DNA from: Escherichia coli
Lineage (GTDB): Bacteria > Pseudomonadota > Gammaproteobacteria > Enterobacterales > Enterobacteriaceae
Reading direction: 5' to 3' (one strand)
Assembly: GCF_024700885.2 (NCBI RefSeq)
Contig: NZ_CP117016.1
Length of the DNA: 64,000 nt
Below the pieces are notes generated by a model. That model was not told the origin of the DNA, searched no databases, and saw only the letters and a program-made list of their open reading frames with translations. The translations under genes and the position numbers were made by a program. Positions 11,065-24,816 of the stretch are shown here, piece by piece. Position 1 is the first letter of the stretch. Every line of letters starts with the position of its first letter.

Positions 11065-12769
11065 TTCATCGTCAAATCGTGGCGAAGCGATTCTCGCCGC
11101 CCTGAAAACGCAGTTCCCCGGCGCGGTGCTGGATGAAGAGCGACAAACGCCTGAACAGGTCACCATTACGGTGAAAATCAATCTGCTGCCTGACGTTGTG
11201 CATTATCTTTATTATCAACATGATGGCTGGCTTCCAGTCCTGTTTGGCAACGACGAGCGGACACTTAACGGTCATTACGCGGTTTATTATGCCCTTTCTA
11301 TGGAAGGGGCCGAAAAATGCTGGATCGTGGTGAAGGCACTGGTCGATGCCGACAGTCGGGAGTTTCCGTCAGTCACACCGCGCGTCCCTGCCGCGGTCTG
11401 GGGCGAGCGAGAAATTCGCGATATGTACGGGCTGATTCCGGTTGGCCTGCCGGATCAGCGTCGGCTGGTGTTGCCCGATGACTGGCCGGAAGATATGCAT
11501 CCGCTGCGCAAAGACGCGATGGATTATCGACTGCGCCCAGAACCGACGACTGATACCGAAACGTATCCGTTTATCAACGAGGGCAACAGCGATGCGCGGG
11601 TGATCCCTGTCGGCCCGCTGCATATCACCTCCGATGAACCGGGTCACTTCCGCTTGTTTGTGGATGGCGAGCAAATTGTCGATGCTGATTACCGTCTGTT
11701 TTATGTCCATCGCGGCATGGAGAAACTGGCAGAAACGCGGATGGGCTACAACGAAGTGACCTTCTTATCCGACCGCGTGTGTGGGATTTGCGGTTTTGCC
11801 CACAGTGTGGCCTATACCAACTCGGTTGAAAATGCACTGGGGATTGAGGTGCCGCAACGAGCGCATACTATTCGCTCGATTCTGCTGGAAGTCGAACGTC
11901 TGCACAGTCATTTGCTCAACCTTGGCCTCTCCTGCCATTTTGTTGGATTTGATACCGGCTTTATGCAATTTTTCCGCGTGCGGGAAAAGTCGATGACGAT
12001 GGCGGAATTGCTGACCGGGTCGCGTAAAACCTACGGTCTGAATCTGATTGGTGGTGTTCGCCGCGATATTCTCAAAGAGCAACGTCTGCAAACGCTGAAA
12101 CTGGTGCGCGAGATGCGCGCCGACGTGTCGGAGCTGGTAGAGATGCTGCTTGCCACGCCGAATATGGAACAACGCACTCAGGGCATTGGCATTCTCGACC
12201 GACAAATCGCCCGTGATTATAGCCCCGTAGGGCCGCTGATCCGCGGCAGTGGTTTTGCCCGTGATTTGCGCTTTGATCACCCCTACGCCGACTACGGCAA
12301 TATTCCCAAAACGCTGTTTACCTTTACCGGCGGCGATGTCTTCTCCCGCGTGATGGTCCGTGTCAAAGAGACGTTTGATTCGCTGGCAATGCTGGAATTT
12401 GCTCTCGACAACATGCCGGATACCCCACTGCTGACCGAAGGCTTTAGCTATAAACCTCACGCATTCGCGCTGGGCTTTGTTGAAGCGCCACGCGGTGAAG
12501 ACGTGCACTGGAGCATGCTCGGTGATAACCAAAAATTGTTCCGCTGGCGCTGTCGTGCCGCCACCTACGCCAACTGGCCAGTGCTGCGTTACATGCTGCG
12601 CGGCAATACCGTTTCTGACGCACCGCTAATTATCGGTAGCCTTGATCCCTGCTACTCCTGTACCGACCGTGTGACGCTGGTTGATGTGCGCAAGCGCCAG
12701 TCAAAAACCGTGCCGTATAAAGAGATCGAACGCTACGGCATTGATCGTAACCGTTCGCCGCTGAAGTAA
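11054..12769 (+). CDS. hyfG: Hydrogenase-4 large [NiFe] subunit
   Basis: NuoD/HycE-like; CGICGFAH N-terminal and [10 protein letters not shown]-terminal Ni-binding motifs; start assigned to GTG overlapping hyfF (start uncertain). Confidence 0.85.
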   Translation: MNVNSSSNRGEAILAALKTQFPGAVLDEERQTPEQVTITVKINLLPDVVHYLYYQHDGWLPVLFGNDERTLNGHYAVYYALSMEGAEKCWIVVKALVDADSREFPSVTPRVPAAVWGEREIRDMYGLIPVGLPDQRRLVLPDDWPEDMHPLRKDAMDYRLRPEPTTDTETYPFINEGNSDARVIPVGPLHITSDEPGHFRLFVDGEQIVDADYRLFYVHRGMEKLAETRMGYNEVTFLSDRVCGICGFAHSVAYTNSVENALGIEVPQRAHTIRSILLEVERLHSHLLNLGLSCHFVGFDTGFMQFFRVREKSMTMAELLTGSRKTYGLNLIGGVRRDILKEQRLQTLKLVREMRADVSELVEMLLATPNMEQRTQGIGILDRQIARDYSPVGPLIRGSGFARDLRFDHPYADYGNIPKTLFTFTGGDVFSRVMVRVKETFDSLAMLEFALDNMPDTPLLTEGFSYKPHAFALGFVEAPRGEDVHWSMLGDNQKLFRWRCRAATYANWPVLRYMLRGNTVSDAPLIIGSLDPCYSCTDRVTLVDVRKRQSKTVPYKEIERYGIDRNRSPLK

Positions 12770-12778
12770 GGACAGAAG

Positions 12779-13324
12779 ATGCTGAAGTTACTGAAAACTA
12801 TTATGCGCGCCGGAACCGCGACGGTGAAATATCCCTTCGCGCCACTGGAGGTCAGCCCAGGCTTTCGCGGGAAACCGGACCTGATGCCCAGCCAATGTAT
12901 TGCCTGTGGTGCCTGCGCCTGTGCTTGTCCGGCAAATGCGCTGACTATCCAGACCGACGACCAGCAAAATTCGCGCACCTGGCAGCTCTATCTGGGGCGT
13001 TGTATTTACTGCGGACGTTGTGAAGAAGTGTGCCCGACCAGAGCCATTCAGCTTACCAATAACTTTGAACTGACCGTCACCAATAAAGCCGATCTCTATA
13101 CCCGCGCGACGTTCCATCTACAACGCTGCAGCCGTTGCGAACGCCCGTTTGCCCCGCAAAAAACCGTCGCACTGGCTGCAGAACTGTTGGCACAGCAACA
13201 AAATGCGCCACAAAACCGCGAAATGTTGCGGGCGCAAGCGAGCGTCTGCCCGGAATGCAAACAACACGCGACGCTGATTAACGACAACACAGATGTACCG
13301 CTGGTGGCTAAGGAGCAGGTATGA
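12779..13324 (+). CDS. hyfH: Hydrogenase-4 component H, 4Fe-4S ferredoxin-like
   Basis: [12 protein letters not shown] and [12 protein letters not shown] ferredoxin motifs. Confidence 0.88.
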   Translation: MLKLLKTIMRAGTATVKYPFAPLEVSPGFRGKPDLMPSQCIACGACACACPANALTIQTDDQQNSRTWQLYLGRCIYCGRCEEVCPTRAIQLTNNFELTVTNKADLYTRATFHLQRCSRCERPFAPQKTVALAAELLAQQQNAPQNREMLRAQASVCPECKQHATLINDNTDVPLVAKEQV

Positions 13325-14079
13325 GTCCAGTGCTTACGCAACATGTCAGCCAGCCCATCACGCTGGACGAGCAAACGCAAAAGATGAAGCTGCATTTGTT
13401 ACAGGATATCCGTCGCTCGGCTTACGTTTATCGCGTCGATTGCGGCGGCTGCAACGCCTGCGAAATCGAAATTTTTGCCGCCATCACACCCGTATTCGAC
13501 GCAGAACGTTTTGGCATTAAGGTTGTTTCATCACCGCGTCACGCCGATATTTTGTTATTTACTGGCGCAGTCACCCGGGCGATGCGTATGCCTGCACTTC
13601 GGGCGTATGAGTCTGCCCCCGATCATAAAATTTGTGTTTCCTACGGCGCGTGCGGTGTCGGCGGCGGTATTTTCCACGATCTTTACAGCGTCTGGGGCGG
13701 CAGCGACACCATTGTCCCCATTGATGTTTGGATCCCCGGCTGCCCGCCAACACCGGCCGCCACCATTCACGGTTTCGCCGTGGCGCTCGGTTTGCTGCAA
13801 CAGAAGATTCACGCGGTGGATTATCGCGATCCCACCGGGGTGACCATGCAACCGCTGTGGTCGCAGATCCCGCCATCACAGCGTATCGCCATTGAGCGAG
13901 AAGCGAGGCGGCTGGCGGGCTATCGTCAAGGGCGAGAAATTTGCGATCGACTCCTGCGCCATTTAAGCGACGATCCTACAGGAAATCGGGTTAACACCTG
14001 GTTGCGCGAAGCCGACGATCCGCGTCTCAATAGTATCGTTCAGCAACTCTTTCGCGTTCTCCGGGGGTTACATGGCTGA
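13321..14079 (+). CDS. hyfI: Hydrogenase-4 small subunit, NuoB-like
   Basis: Translation with CGGCNACE and GCPPTP motifs; 4-nt overlap with hyfH. Confidence 0.88.
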   Translation: MSPVLTQHVSQPITLDEQTQKMKLHLLQDIRRSAYVYRVDCGGCNACEIEIFAAITPVFDAERFGIKVVSSPRHADILLFTGAVTRAMRMPALRAYESAPDHKICVSYGACGVGGGIFHDLYSVWGGSDTIVPIDVWIPGCPPTPAATIHGFAVALGLLQQKIHAVDYRDPTGVTMQPLWSQIPPSQRIAIEREARRLAGYRQGREICDRLLRHLSDDPTGNRVNTWLREADDPRLNSIVQQLFRVLRGLHG

Positions 14080-14485
14080 GGAGTGCGGGGAAATTGTTTT
14101 CTGGACGCTGCGAAAAAAATTTATCGCCAGTAGCGACGAGATGCCGGAACACAGCTCCCAGGTAATGTATTACTCGTTGGCTATCGGTCATCACGTTGGC
14201 GTGATTGATTGTCTGAATGTCGCCTTCCGCTGCCCACAGACGGAATACGAAGATTGGCTTGCACAGGTCGAAGAGGAGCAAGCCCGACGTAAGATGCTGG
14301 GGGTGATGACCTTTGGTGAGATTGTTATTGACGCCAGCCACACCGCCCTGTTGACCCGGGCATTCGCGCCACTGGCAGATGACGCGACGTCGGCGTGGCA
14401 GGCGCGTAGCATTCAATTCATTCATCTGTTGGATGAAATTGTGCAGGAACCGGCCATCTATCTGATGGCCAGAAAAATTGCGTGA
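14072..14485 (+). CDS. hyfJ: HycH-like hydrogenase maturation protein
   Basis: 137-aa ORF overlapping hyfI end; operon position. Confidence 0.8.
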   Translation: MAEECGEIVFWTLRKKFIASSDEMPEHSSQVMYYSLAIGHHVGVIDCLNVAFRCPQTEYEDWLAQVEEEQARRKMLGVMTFGEIVIDASHTALLTRAFAPLADDATSAWQARSIQFIHLLDEIVQEPAIYLMARKIA

Positions 14486-14514
14486 GAAGGATTTCTCATT
14501 AATAAGGACTGTTG

Positions 14515-16527
14515 ATGGCTATGTCAGACGAGGCGATGTTTGCCCCGCCGCAAGGAATAACAATTGAAGCGGTAAACGGAATGCTCGCGGAGCGGTTAGC
14601 GCAGAAACACGGCAAGGCGTCTTTATTACGCGCCTTCATCCCGCTGCCGCCGCCGTTCAGCCCGGTACAACTTATTGAACTGCATGTTCTCAAAAGCAAC
14701 TTCTATTACCGCTACCATGATGATGGCAGCGATGTGACGGCAACAACAGAGTATCAGGGTGAGATGGTCGATTATTCGCGCCACGCAGTCCTTCTCGGCA
14801 GTAGTGGAATGGCGGAGCTACGCTTTATTCGCACCCACGGCAGTCGTTTTACTCCCCAGGATTGCACACTGTTTAACTGGCTGGCGCGGATAATCACCCC
14901 GGTTCTGCAATCATGGCTCAATGATGAAGAACAGCAGGTGGCGCTGCGTTTGCTGGAGAAAGATCGCGATCATCATCGGGTACTGGTGGATATCACTAAT
15001 GCAGTATTGTCACATCTTGATCTCGACGATCTGATCGCTGACGTCGCTCGTGAGATCCATCATTTTTTCGGTCTGGCTTCAGTCTGTATGGTACTGGGCG
15101 ATCATCGAAAGAACGAGAAGTTCAGCCTGTGGTGCAGCGATCTTTCTGCCTCACATTGTGCGTGTCTGCCACGCTGTATGCCTGGCGAAAGTGTATTGCT
15201 GACACAAACGCTACAAACCCGACAACCGACCTTGACGCACCGTGCAGACGATCTGTTTCTCTGGCAACGCGACCCGTTATTACACTTACTTGCATCTAAC
15301 GGCTGCGAATCTGCGCTCCTTATACCGCTCACCTTTGGCAACCATACACCGGGCGCATTGTTGCTGGCGCATACCTCTTCCACTCTCTTTAGTGAGGAAA
15401 ACTGCCAGCTACTACAACATATTGCCGATCGCATCGCTATTGCCGTTGGCAATGCCGATGCCTGGCGTAGCATGACCGATTTGCAGGAAAGCTTGCAGCA
15501 AGAAAACCACCAGCTTAGCGAGCAGCTCCTTTCGAATCTGGGCGTCGGTGACATTATCTATCAAAGCCAGGCAATGGAAGATTTGCTCCAGCAGGTAGAT
15601 ATTGTGGCGAAGAGCGACAGTACGGTGTTGATTTGTGGTGAAACCGGAACCGGCAAAGAGGTGATCGCCAGAGCGATCCATCAACTTAGCCCACGACGCG
15701 ACAAGCCACTGGTCAAAATCAACTGCGCTGCCATCCCCGCCAGTCTTCTGGAAAGTGAGTTATTCGGTCATGACAAAGGGGCATTTACTGGTGCGATTAA
15801 TACCCATCGTGGTCGTTTTGAAATTGCCGATGGCGGCACGTTGTTTCTCGATGAAATTGGCGATCTGCCGTTAGAACTTCAGCCTAAACTGCTGCGCGTA
15901 TTGCAGGAACGGGAGATTGAGCGTCTCGGCGGGAGTAGAACGATCCCGGTAAATGTCAGAGTCATTGCCGCCACCAACCGTGATTTGTGGCAAATGGTTG
16001 AAGATCGCCAGTTTCGCAGCGATCTCTTTTATCGCCTGAATGTCTTCCCACTGGAATTGCCCCCGCTACGCGACCGTCCGGAAGATATCCCTCTTTTAGC
16101 AAAACATTTCACGCAAAAAATGGCGCGCCATATGAATCGCGCAATTGACGCCATCCCGACCGAGGCGCTACGCCAGTTGATGTCGTGGGACTGGCCGGGC
16201 AACGTGCGCGAGCTGGAAAACGTGATTGAGCGAGCGGTACTACTGACTCGCGGTAACAGTCTGAATTTACATCTTAATGTCCGACAAAGCCGTTTACTGC
16301 CGACGCTAAATGAAGATTCAGCGCTTCGCAGTTCAATGGCGCAATTGCTGCACCCGACGACGCCAGAGAATGACGAAGAAGAACGTCAGCGCATTGTTCA
16401 GGTATTGCGAGAAACCAATGGCATTGTTGCCGGGCCCCGTGGCGCGGCGACGCGATTAGGGATGAAGCGCACCACGCTGCTGTCACGAATGCAGCGGCTG
16501 GGGATCTCGGTTCGCGAGGTGTTGTAA
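14515..16527 (+). CDS. hyfR: Sigma-54-dependent transcriptional activator HyfR
   Basis: AAA+ sigma-54 activator motifs GETGTGKE and [15 protein letters not shown] plus C-terminal HTH. Confidence 0.9.
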   Translation: MAMSDEAMFAPPQGITIEAVNGMLAERLAQKHGKASLLRAFIPLPPPFSPVQLIELHVLKSNFYYRYHDDGSDVTATTEYQGEMVDYSRHAVLLGSSGMAELRFIRTHGSRFTPQDCTLFNWLARIITPVLQSWLNDEEQQVALRLLEKDRDHHRVLVDITNAVLSHLDLDDLIADVAREIHHFFGLASVCMVLGDHRKNEKFSLWCSDLSASHCACLPRCMPGESVLLTQTLQTRQPTLTHRADDLFLWQRDPLLHLLASNGCESALLIPLTFGNHTPGALLLAHTSSTLFSEENCQLLQHIADRIAIAVGNADAWRSMTDLQESLQQENHQLSEQLLSNLGVGDIIYQSQAMEDLLQQVDIVAKSDSTVLICGETGTGKEVIARAIHQLSPRRDKPLVKINCAAIPASLLESELFGHDKGAFTGAINTHRGRFEIADGGTLFLDEIGDLPLELQPKLLRVLQEREIERLGGSRTIPVNVRVIAATNRDLWQMVEDRQFRSDLFYRLNVFPLELPPLRDRPEDIPLLAKHFTQKMARHMNRAIDAIPTEALRQLMSWDWPGNVRELENVIERAVLLTRGNSLNLHLNVRQSRLLPTLNEDSALRSSMAQLLHPTTPENDEEERQRIVQVLRETNGIVAGPRGAATRLGMKRTTLLSRMQRLGISVREVL

Positions 16528-16548
16528 TCTGTTTTTGCAGGAGTATGC

Positions 16549-17397
16549 ATGAGAAACAAACTCTCTTTCGACTTGCAGTTGAGCGCCAGAAAAGCGGCAA
16601 TCGCTGAACGGATTGCCGCCCATAAAATTGCCCGCAGCAAAGTGTCGGTCTTTTTAATGGCGATGTCCGCAGGCGTGTTTATGGCGATCGGATTTACTTT
16701 TTACCTTACCGTTATCGCCGATGCCCCGTCTTCACAGGCATTAACCCATCTGGTGGGAGGCCTTTGCTTTACGCTCGGCTTTATTTTGCTGGCGGTTTGC
16801 GGCACCAGCCTGTTCACCTCGTCGGTAATGACGGTGATGGCAAAAAGTCGGGGCGTTATTAGCTGGCGAACATGGCTGATTAATGCACTTCTGGTGGCCT
16901 GCGGTAATCTGGCAGGTATTGCCTGTTTCAGTTTGTTAATCTGGTTTTCCGGGCTGGTGATGAGTGAAAACGCGATGTGGGGAGTCGCGGTTTTACACTG
17001 CGCCGAGGGCAAAATGCATCATACATTTACTGAATCAGTCAGCCTCGGCATTATGTGCAATCTGATGGTTTGTCTGGCGCTGTGGATGAGTTATTGCGGA
17101 CGTTCATTATGCGACAAAATCGTCGCCATGATTTTGCCCATCACCCTGTTTGTCGCCAGTGGCTTTGAGCACTGTATCGCCAATTTGTTTGTGATTCCGT
17201 TCGCCATTGCCATTCGCCATTTCGCCCCTACCTCCTTCTGGCAACTGGCGCACAGTAGCGCAGACCATTTTCCGGTACTGACGGTCAGCCATTTTATTAC
17301 CGCCAATCTGCTCCCGGTGATGCTGGGTAATATTATCGGCGGTGCAGTGCTGGTGAGTATTTGTTATCGGGCTATTTATTTACGTCAGGAACCCTAA
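16549..17397 (+). CDS. focB: Formate channel FocB (FNT family)
   Basis: 282-aa membrane protein with FNT-like sequence, directly downstream of hyfR. Confidence 0.88.
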   Translation: MRNKLSFDLQLSARKAAIAERIAAHKIARSKVSVFLMAMSAGVFMAIGFTFYLTVIADAPSSQALTHLVGGLCFTLGFILLAVCGTSLFTSSVMTVMAKSRGVISWRTWLINALLVACGNLAGIACFSLLIWFSGLVMSENAMWGVAVLHCAEGKMHHTFTESVSLGIMCNLMVCLALWMSYCGRSLCDKIVAMILPITLFVASGFEHCIANLFVIPFAIAIRHFAPTSFWQLAHSSADHFPVLTVSHFITANLLPVMLGNIIGGAVLVSICYRAIYLRQEP

Positions 17398-17401
17398 AAA
17401 T

Positions 17402-17429
17402 CAGCCCGGCGAAACAGTTCGTCGGGCTG
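17402..17429. terminator. Bidirectional rho-independent terminator between focB and yfgO
   Basis: Perfect hairpin CAGCCCG-N14-CGGGCTG between convergent genes. Confidence 0.6.
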
Positions 17430-17433
17430 AAGA

Positions 17434-18495
17434 TTATTCTTGCGCGATTTGCCCATCGGGCCAGGCGTGAATCACGGCTTTGATCAGCGTCGCCAATGGA
17501 ATGGCGAAGAATACGCCCCAGAATCCCCACAAACCACCGAAGATCACTACTGATAAAATAATGACCAGCGGATGCAGGTTAACCGCTTCGGAGAACAACA
17601 CAGGTACTAACAGGTTGCCGTCCAGCGCCTGAATAATCAGATACACCGCGAAGCAGCTCCAGAATTCCGTGCCAGCACCAAACTGGAATAGCGCCACGCC
17701 AACCACCGGAATGGTCACCACAAATGCACCAATGTACGGAATAAGTACCGAGAAGCCGACCAGCACCGCCAGCAGCAGCGAATAGTTCAGCCCGAAGAGT
17801 AAGAATCCCAGCCAGGTGGCAATCCCCACCACGATCATCTCCAGCACTTTGCCGCGGATATAGTTGGTGATTTGTTGATTCATCTCCTTCCACACCTGTC
17901 CTGCCAGTCCACGGTTACGTGGCAGCACCCGGCGAACGGCGCTCAGCATCTGCTCTTTGTCTTTCAGCAGGAAGAAGACCATCAATGGTACCAGCACCAG
18001 ATAGACGGCAATGGTCAGCAAACCGACCAGCGAGGCGAGGGAAATTTTCACCACCGAATCGCCCATGGTCAGCATCCGACTGCGCATATTTTCGGCCATT
18101 GCATCAATAATGCCCGCATCCATCAACGCCGGATAGCGGCGCGGCAACGTGGCGGCAAAGTCAGAAAGCTTATTGAGCATCCCCGGCATATCGCGAATTA
18201 AGTAGATGCCCTGCTGCCAGGCGATAGGCAATACCACGAACGCCATCAGTAGCAATATACCGACGAAAACCACCAATACAATCGACGTCGCCCAGCGGCG
18301 GGAGCAGCCAATAGATTGCAGGCGCACGGTTGGCCATTCCAGCAAATAGGCCAGCACAATAGCCACCAACAGTGGAGCAAGCAGGCCACTAAAGAAAAAG
18401 ATAATGCCAAATCCGGCAACTAAAATAACCAGCAAGGCAATCGCTTCCGGGTCGCTAAAACGGCGGCGATACCATTGCATCAACATTTCGAGCAT
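17434..18495 (-). CDS. yfgO: PerM/AI-2E family inner-membrane permease
   Basis: 353-aa polytopic membrane protein; K-12 gene order focB-yfgO-bepA. Confidence 0.85.
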   Translation of the reverse strand: MLEMLMQWYRRRFSDPEAIALLVILVAGFGIIFFFSGLLAPLLVAIVLAYLLEWPTVRLQSIGCSRRWATSIVLVVFVGILLLMAFVVLPIAWQQGIYLIRDMPGMLNKLSDFAATLPRRYPALMDAGIIDAMAENMRSRMLTMGDSVVKISLASLVGLLTIAVYLVLVPLMVFFLLKDKEQMLSAVRRVLPRNRGLAGQVWKEMNQQITNYIRGKVLEMIVVGIATWLGFLLFGLNYSLLLAVLVGFSVLIPYIGAFVVTIPVVGVALFQFGAGTEFWSCFAVYLIIQALDGNLLVPVLFSEAVNLHPLVIILSVVIFGGLWGFWGVFFAIPLATLIKAVIHAWPDGQIAQE

Positions 18496-18707
18496 AAAGA
18501 CCTTCCCTGAACCTCAAGAGCGGGATTGCGATCCGCAATTGTATCGAAATGTCACAAAAAAGACTTCGCTTTTTATGACGGATTCAGGAAACTGAAAAGT
18601 CATTTGAGTGGGCTAATCTTCGCCGTTACACTCAAAGGCGGCGCGGTGGGAACGATATTTCACAGTATCGGTCAAATGACTATCTTCAGAAATACAGGAT
18701 AGAGGTT

Positions 18708-20171
18708 ATGTTCAGGCAGTTGAAAAAAAACCTGGTTGCAACCCTCATTGCTGCCATGACCATTGGTCAGGTAGCCCCGGCGTTTGCCGATAGTGCAGAC
18801 ACCTTGCCGGATATGGGAACCTCCGCAGGAAGCACGCTTTCCATTGGTCAGGAAATGCAGATGGGCGACTATTATGTCCGCCAGCTACGCGGCAGCGCGC
18901 CGTTAATTAATGACCCGCTGTTAACGCAATATATTAATTCGCTGGGGATGCGTCTGGTTTCGCATGCCAATTCGGTTAAGACACCGTTTCATTTTTTTCT
19001 GATCAACAACGACGAAATTAACGCCTTTGCTTTCTTTGGCGGCAACGTGGTGCTGCACTCTGCCCTGTTCCGTTATTCCGATAACGAAAGTCAACTGGCT
19101 TCAGTTATGGCGCACGAAATCTCCCACGTCACCCAACGTCACCTGGCGCGAGCGATGGAAGATCAACAACGCAGCGCGCCGCTGACCTGGGTCGGCGCGT
19201 TAGGTTCTATTTTACTGGCGATGGCCAGTCCGCAGGCGGGGATGGCGGCGCTGACCGGTACACTGGCGGGAACGCGCCAGGGGATGATCAGTTTCACCCA
19301 GCAAAATGAACAGGAAGCGGACCGCATTGGTATTCAGGTGCTGCAACGCTCAGGATTCGATCCGCAGGCGATGCCGACCTTCCTCGAAAAATTGCTCGAT
19401 CAGGCGCGTTACTCCTCGCGTCCGCCGGAAATTTTATTGACTCACCCATTGCCGGAAAGTCGTCTGGCAGATGCCCGCAACCGTGCTAATCAGATGCGCC
19501 CGATGGTGGTGCAGTCGTCGGAAGATTTCTATCTGGCGAAAGCGCGCACACTGGGGATGTATAATTCCGGACGTAACCAGCTCACCAGTGATTTGCTGGA
19601 TGAATGGGCGAAAGGAAACGTTCGTCAGCAACGAGCGGCGCAATATGGTCGTGCTTTACAGGCGATGGAAGCCAATAAATACGACGAAGCGCGTAAAACG
19701 CTGCAACCGTTACTGGCGGCAGAACCTGGCAATGCATGGTATCTCGATCTGGCTACCGATATCGATCTTGGGCAAAACAAAGCCAATGACGCTATCAATC
19801 GCCTGAAAAATGCCCGCGATTTGCGCACCAATCCGGTGTTGCAGCTCAACCTGGCGAACGCTTATCTGCAAGGGGGGCAACCACAGGAAGCGGCCAATAT
19901 TCTGAATCGCTACACTTTTAACAATAAAGATGACAGCAACGGCTGGGATTTACTGGCACAGGCGGAAGCCGCACTAAATAACCGCGATCAGGAACTGGCT
20001 GCGCGAGCTGAAGGTTATGCGCTCGCCGGGCGACTCGATCAGGCCATTTCCTTGTTGAGTAGCGCCAGTTCGCAGGTGAAATTAGGCAGCCTGCAACAAG
20101 CGCGTTACGATGCGCGCATCGACCAGTTGCGCCAGCTGCAAGAACGCTTTAAGCCTTATACCAAGATGTAA
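18708..20171 (+). CDS. bepA: Periplasmic beta-barrel assembly-enhancing protease BepA (YfgC)
   Basis: Signal peptide, HEISH zinc-metalloprotease motif, TPR-like C-terminus. Confidence 0.9.
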   Translation: MFRQLKKNLVATLIAAMTIGQVAPAFADSADTLPDMGTSAGSTLSIGQEMQMGDYYVRQLRGSAPLINDPLLTQYINSLGMRLVSHANSVKTPFHFFLINNDEINAFAFFGGNVVLHSALFRYSDNESQLASVMAHEISHVTQRHLARAMEDQQRSAPLTWVGALGSILLAMASPQAGMAALTGTLAGTRQGMISFTQQNEQEADRIGIQVLQRSGFDPQAMPTFLEKLLDQARYSSRPPEILLTHPLPESRLADARNRANQMRPMVVQSSEDFYLAKARTLGMYNSGRNQLTSDLLDEWAKGNVRQQRAAQYGRALQAMEANKYDEARKTLQPLLAAEPGNAWYLDLATDIDLGQNKANDAINRLKNARDLRTNPVLQLNLANAYLQGGQPQEAANILNRYTFNNKDDSNGWDLLAQAEAALNNRDQELAARAEGYALAGRLDQAISLLSSASSQVKLGSLQQARYDARIDQLRQLQERFKPYTKM

Positions 20172-20191
20172 TTCGCATTAAAGGAAGAACA

Positions 20192-20551
20192 ATGACCAAA
20201 CAGGTAAAAATCTACCATAACCCACGCTGTTCAAAGAGCCGGGAAACGCTGAACCTGCTGAAAGAAAACGGCGTGGAGCCAGAAGTGGTGCTCTACCTTG
20301 AGACACCGGCCGATGCGGCAACGCTGCGCGATTTGCTGAAAATGCTGGGGATGAATAGCGCTCGTGAATTGATGCGCCAGAAAGAGGATCTTTATAAAGA
20401 ACTGAACCTGGCTGACAGTTCGCTTAGCGAAGAGGCGCTGATTCAGGCAATGGTGGATAATCCGAAGCTAATGGAGCGCCCGATTGTGGTCGCGAATGGC
20501 AAAGCGCGAATTGGTCGTCCACCGGAGCAGGTGCTGGAAATCGTGGGTTAA
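20192..20551 (+). CDS. yfgD: ArsC-family arsenate reductase-like protein YfgD
   Basis: Translation MTKQVKIYHNPRCSKSRETLNLLKENGVEPEVVLYLETP..., ArsC/Spx fold. Confidence 0.85.
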   Translation: MTKQVKIYHNPRCSKSRETLNLLKENGVEPEVVLYLETPADAATLRDLLKMLGMNSARELMRQKEDLYKELNLADSSLSEEALIQAMVDNPKLMERPIVVANGKARIGRPPEQVLEIVG

Positions 20552-20581
20552 GAAGTGCTCCATCGCTAGTTGAAGCACATT

Positions 20582-20617
20582 GCCGGATGCGACGCTTGCC
20601 GCGTCTTATCCGGCCGA
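20582..20617. repeat. REP element
   Basis: GCCGGATGCGACGCTTGCCGCGTCTTATCCGGCCGA matches REP consensus; between convergent yfgD and hda. Confidence 0.65.
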
Positions 20618-20656
20618 CGAATACTATGGGGGCGCATCCGACAATAAACACCTTAT

Positions 20657-21358
20657 CTACAACTTCAGAATTTCTTTCACAAACGGAATGGTCAGCTTAC
20701 GTTGTGCGGTAATCGACGCACGATCCAACTGATCCAACGTCATAAATAACGTGCGCATTTCTCTGTCGAGCCGCTTCAGCAAGAAACGCCCCACATCTTC
20801 CGGCAGTTCAAAACCACGCAAACGCGCGCGTAACTGTAGCGCCTGCAACTTATCTTCATCAGAAAGTGGCTGCAATTTGTAGATCTGCCCCCAGTCGAGT
20901 CGCGACGCGAGATCCGGTAATCCCAGATTCAACTGCCGCGGTGGACGATCGCCGGTGATCAACAACCGTGTTTTGCCCGATTCCAGAATTCGATTGTAGA
21001 GATCGAAAATCGCCATCTCCCACAACTCATCGCCTGCAATACACTCAATGTTGTCGATACAGACCAGCGACAAATGCTCCATACCGTCGAGCACTTCCGG
21101 AACAAACCAGGTGCGTTTATCCAGCGGGACATAGCCCACCGCATCGCCACGCTGCGACAATTCCGCGCAAGCCGCGTGCAGCAGATGGCTGCGCCCCGCG
21201 CCTTCGCGTGCCCAGAGATAGATGTAACCGCTATGTTCCTGACGCAGCACGTTTTGCAGCGCGGCCAGTAAAGAGGAGTTATCCCCCGGCCAGAAACTTG
21301 CAAAGGTTTCGTCGTCAGGAAGATAAAGTGGCAAAGAGAGCTGTGCCGGTGTGTTCAG
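20657..21358 (-). CDS. hda: DnaA regulatory inactivator Hda
   Basis: Translation ...[26 protein letters not shown]...; start placed at the CTG that gives the 233-aa form (from memory of K-12 reannotation). Confidence 0.85.
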
Positions 21359-21452
21359 AGATACCTCAACCAGGATTTCACAAAATCGCGAGAAGTTTAC
21401 CACAGAATCCCATGATGTTTGAACCGGGCAGCAACACTGCCCGGTCGGTACA

Positions 21453-22742
21453 TTATTTGTCTGTTATATCCGCGTCTTCTGCGTCCAGCACCACTTCTTC
21501 AGGGCGCAGCACACTAATCAGTTTGAAGATCAAACTTAAGCCGATACCGACGATGGTCGCCAGCGCCATACCTTTCAGCTCCGCCGCGCCGATGTTTACC
21601 TTCGCGCCACTGACACCGATGATCAAAATCACGGAAGTCAGGATCAGATTCTGTGCTTTGTTGTAATCCACTTTCGATTCGATCAAAACACGAATACCGG
21701 AAGCACCGATGACACCATAAAGCAGCAGCGAAACGCCGCCCATCACCGGCAATGGGATCATCTGGATAGCAGCAGCCAGTTTACCGACGCAGGAAAGCAG
21801 GATAGCGAAAATCGCCGCCCCGCCGATAACCCAGGTACTGTAAACACGGGTGATCGCCATCACGCCAATGTTTTCCCCGTAGGTAGTATTTGGCGTGGAG
21901 CCAAAGAAGCCGGAGATCACGGTCGACAAGCCGTTAGCAAACATCGAACGGTGCAGACCTGGATCGCGCAGCAGATCTTTTTTGACGATATTAGCCGTTA
22001 CCACCAGGTGCCCTACGTGTTCGGCAATAACCACTAACGCCGCTGGCAGAATAGTCAGAATGGCAAACCACTCGAAGCGCGGCGTATAGAGAGTTGGCAG
22101 CGCAAACCAGTGAGCATTAATAATCGGCGTGGTATCGACAATTCCCATTGCGAAAGAGAGCGCGTAGCCCACCAGCACGCCAATTAAAATCGGGATAATT
22201 GCCAGGAAACCACGAAACAGCACGGAACCTAAAACCGTAACCGCCAGCGTGGTAATGGAGATGATGATGGTTTTGGAGTCTGGAGTTTGCCCTTCAGCCG
22301 GGAGTAAACCTGCCATACCGGCAGCTACGCCCGCCAGCTCCAGACCGATGACGGCAACGATTGCGCCCATTGCCGCAGGTGGAAACAGCACGTCCAGCCA
22401 GCCGGTCCCCGCTTTCTTCACGATAAAAGAAACCAGGCAGAACAGCACGCCGCACATAATAAAGCCGCCCAGCGCGACTTCATACCCCAACGGCAACAGT
22501 AACAATACCGGTGAAATAAAGGCAAAGCTGGAACCAAGATAAGCCGGAATTTTCCCTTTACAGATGAAGAGATACAGCAGTGTTCCTATACCGTTAAATA
22601 ACAGTACAGTCGCCGGGTTAATATGAAATAAGACGGGCACCAGGACGGTTGCACCAAACATGGCGAACAAATGTTGCAAACTAAGCGGGATTGTCTGTAA
22701 AAGTGGCGGTCTTTCACTCACCCCGATAGCACGGCGCGTCAT
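21453..22742 (-). CDS. uraA: Uracil:proton symporter UraA
   Basis: Translation [36 protein letters not shown]...; start at internal ATG. Confidence 0.92.
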   Translation of the reverse strand: MTRRAIGVSERPPLLQTIPLSLQHLFAMFGATVLVPVLFHINPATVLLFNGIGTLLYLFICKGKIPAYLGSSFAFISPVLLLLPLGYEVALGGFIMCGVLFCLVSFIVKKAGTGWLDVLFPPAAMGAIVAVIGLELAGVAAGMAGLLPAEGQTPDSKTIIISITTLAVTVLGSVLFRGFLAIIPILIGVLVGYALSFAMGIVDTTPIINAHWFALPTLYTPRFEWFAILTILPAALVVIAEHVGHLVVTANIVKKDLLRDPGLHRSMFANGLSTVISGFFGSTPNTTYGENIGVMAITRVYSTWVIGGAAIFAILLSCVGKLAAAIQMIPLPVMGGVSLLLYGVIGASGIRVLIESKVDYNKAQNLILTSVILIIGVSGAKVNIGAAELKGMALATIVGIGLSLIFKLISVLRPEEVVLDAEDADITDK

Positions 22743-22782
22743 AGTATTATCCTCTGTATTATGTGTTATAGGCGCTTTACTC

Positions 22783-22810
22783 AAAAAAAAGCCGACTCTT
22801 AAAGTCGGCT
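22783..22810 (-). terminator. Rho-independent terminator downstream of upp
   Basis: Hairpin GCCGACT-CTTAA-AGTCGGC followed by a T8 run on the minus strand. Confidence 0.65.
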
Positions 22811-22827
22811 TTAATTATTTTTATTCT

Positions 22828-23454
22828 TTATTTCGTACCAAAGATTTTGTCACCGGCATCGCCGAGGCCCGGAATAATGTATCCGTGCTCGTTCAGTCCC
22901 TGGTCAATCGATGCAGTATACAGTTCGACGTCCGGGTGCGCTTTTTCCAGCGCTGCGATACCTTCTGGCGCAGCTACCAGCACCAGAACTTTGATGCTGC
23001 TGCAGCCCGCTTTTTTCAGCAGGTCGATGGTCGCGATAACGGAACCACCGGTTGCCAGCATTGGGTCAACGATCAGCGCCATACGCTCATCGATGTTAGA
23101 AACCAGTTTCTGGAAGTACGGTACCGGCTCCAGCGTTTCTTCATTACGGTACATACCGACGACGCTGATGCGCGCGCTCGGAACGTTTTCCAGCACACCG
23201 TCCATCATCCCCAGACCCGCACGCAGAATTGGCACAACGGTAATTTTCTTACCTTTGATCTGGTCGATTTCTACCGGGCCGTTCCAGCCTTCGATAGTTA
23301 CTTTTTCCGTTTCGAGGTCGGCGGTCGCTTCGTAAGTCAGCAGGCTACCCACTTCGGAAGCGAGTTCGCGAAAGCGCTTGGTGCTGATATCTTGCTCACG
23401 CATCAGTCCCAGCTTGTGTTTGACGAGTGGGTGTTTGACTTCCACGATCTTCAT
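22828..23454 (-). CDS. upp: Uracil phosphoribosyltransferase Upp
   Basis: Translation [44 protein letters not shown]... Confidence 0.93.
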
Positions 23455-23698
23455 ACTCTTTCTCCTTTGAGGGGCAGCCACAAAAAAAATCGACGGATTA
23501 TACCTCCTTTCTTCAAGGCGGCAATATTATTTTCGTTGACTTTAGTCAAAATGATAACGGTTTGAGATAAAGTTATTTTATATTCAAATGGTTATGGAAG
23601 AAGATTATTCCATCCGAAAACGATCCTTTGCCCTGGTACAAGTATTGTTTTGCCGCGCGCCTGGGGAAAAGACGTACAAAAAGGTTGTGTAAAGCAGT

Positions 23699-23714
23699 CT
23701 CGCAAACGTTTGCT
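23699..23714. promoter_or_regulatory. PurR operator (pur box) of the purMN promoter
   Basis: CTCGCAAACGTTTGCT matches the PurR box core GCAAACGTTTGC, about 65 bp upstream of purM start. Confidence 0.65.
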
Positions 23715-23760
23715 TTCCCTGTTAGAATTGCGCCGAATTTTATTTTTCTACCGCAAGTAA

Positions 23761-24815
<1,055 letters not shown>

Positions 24816-24816
<1 letters not shown>

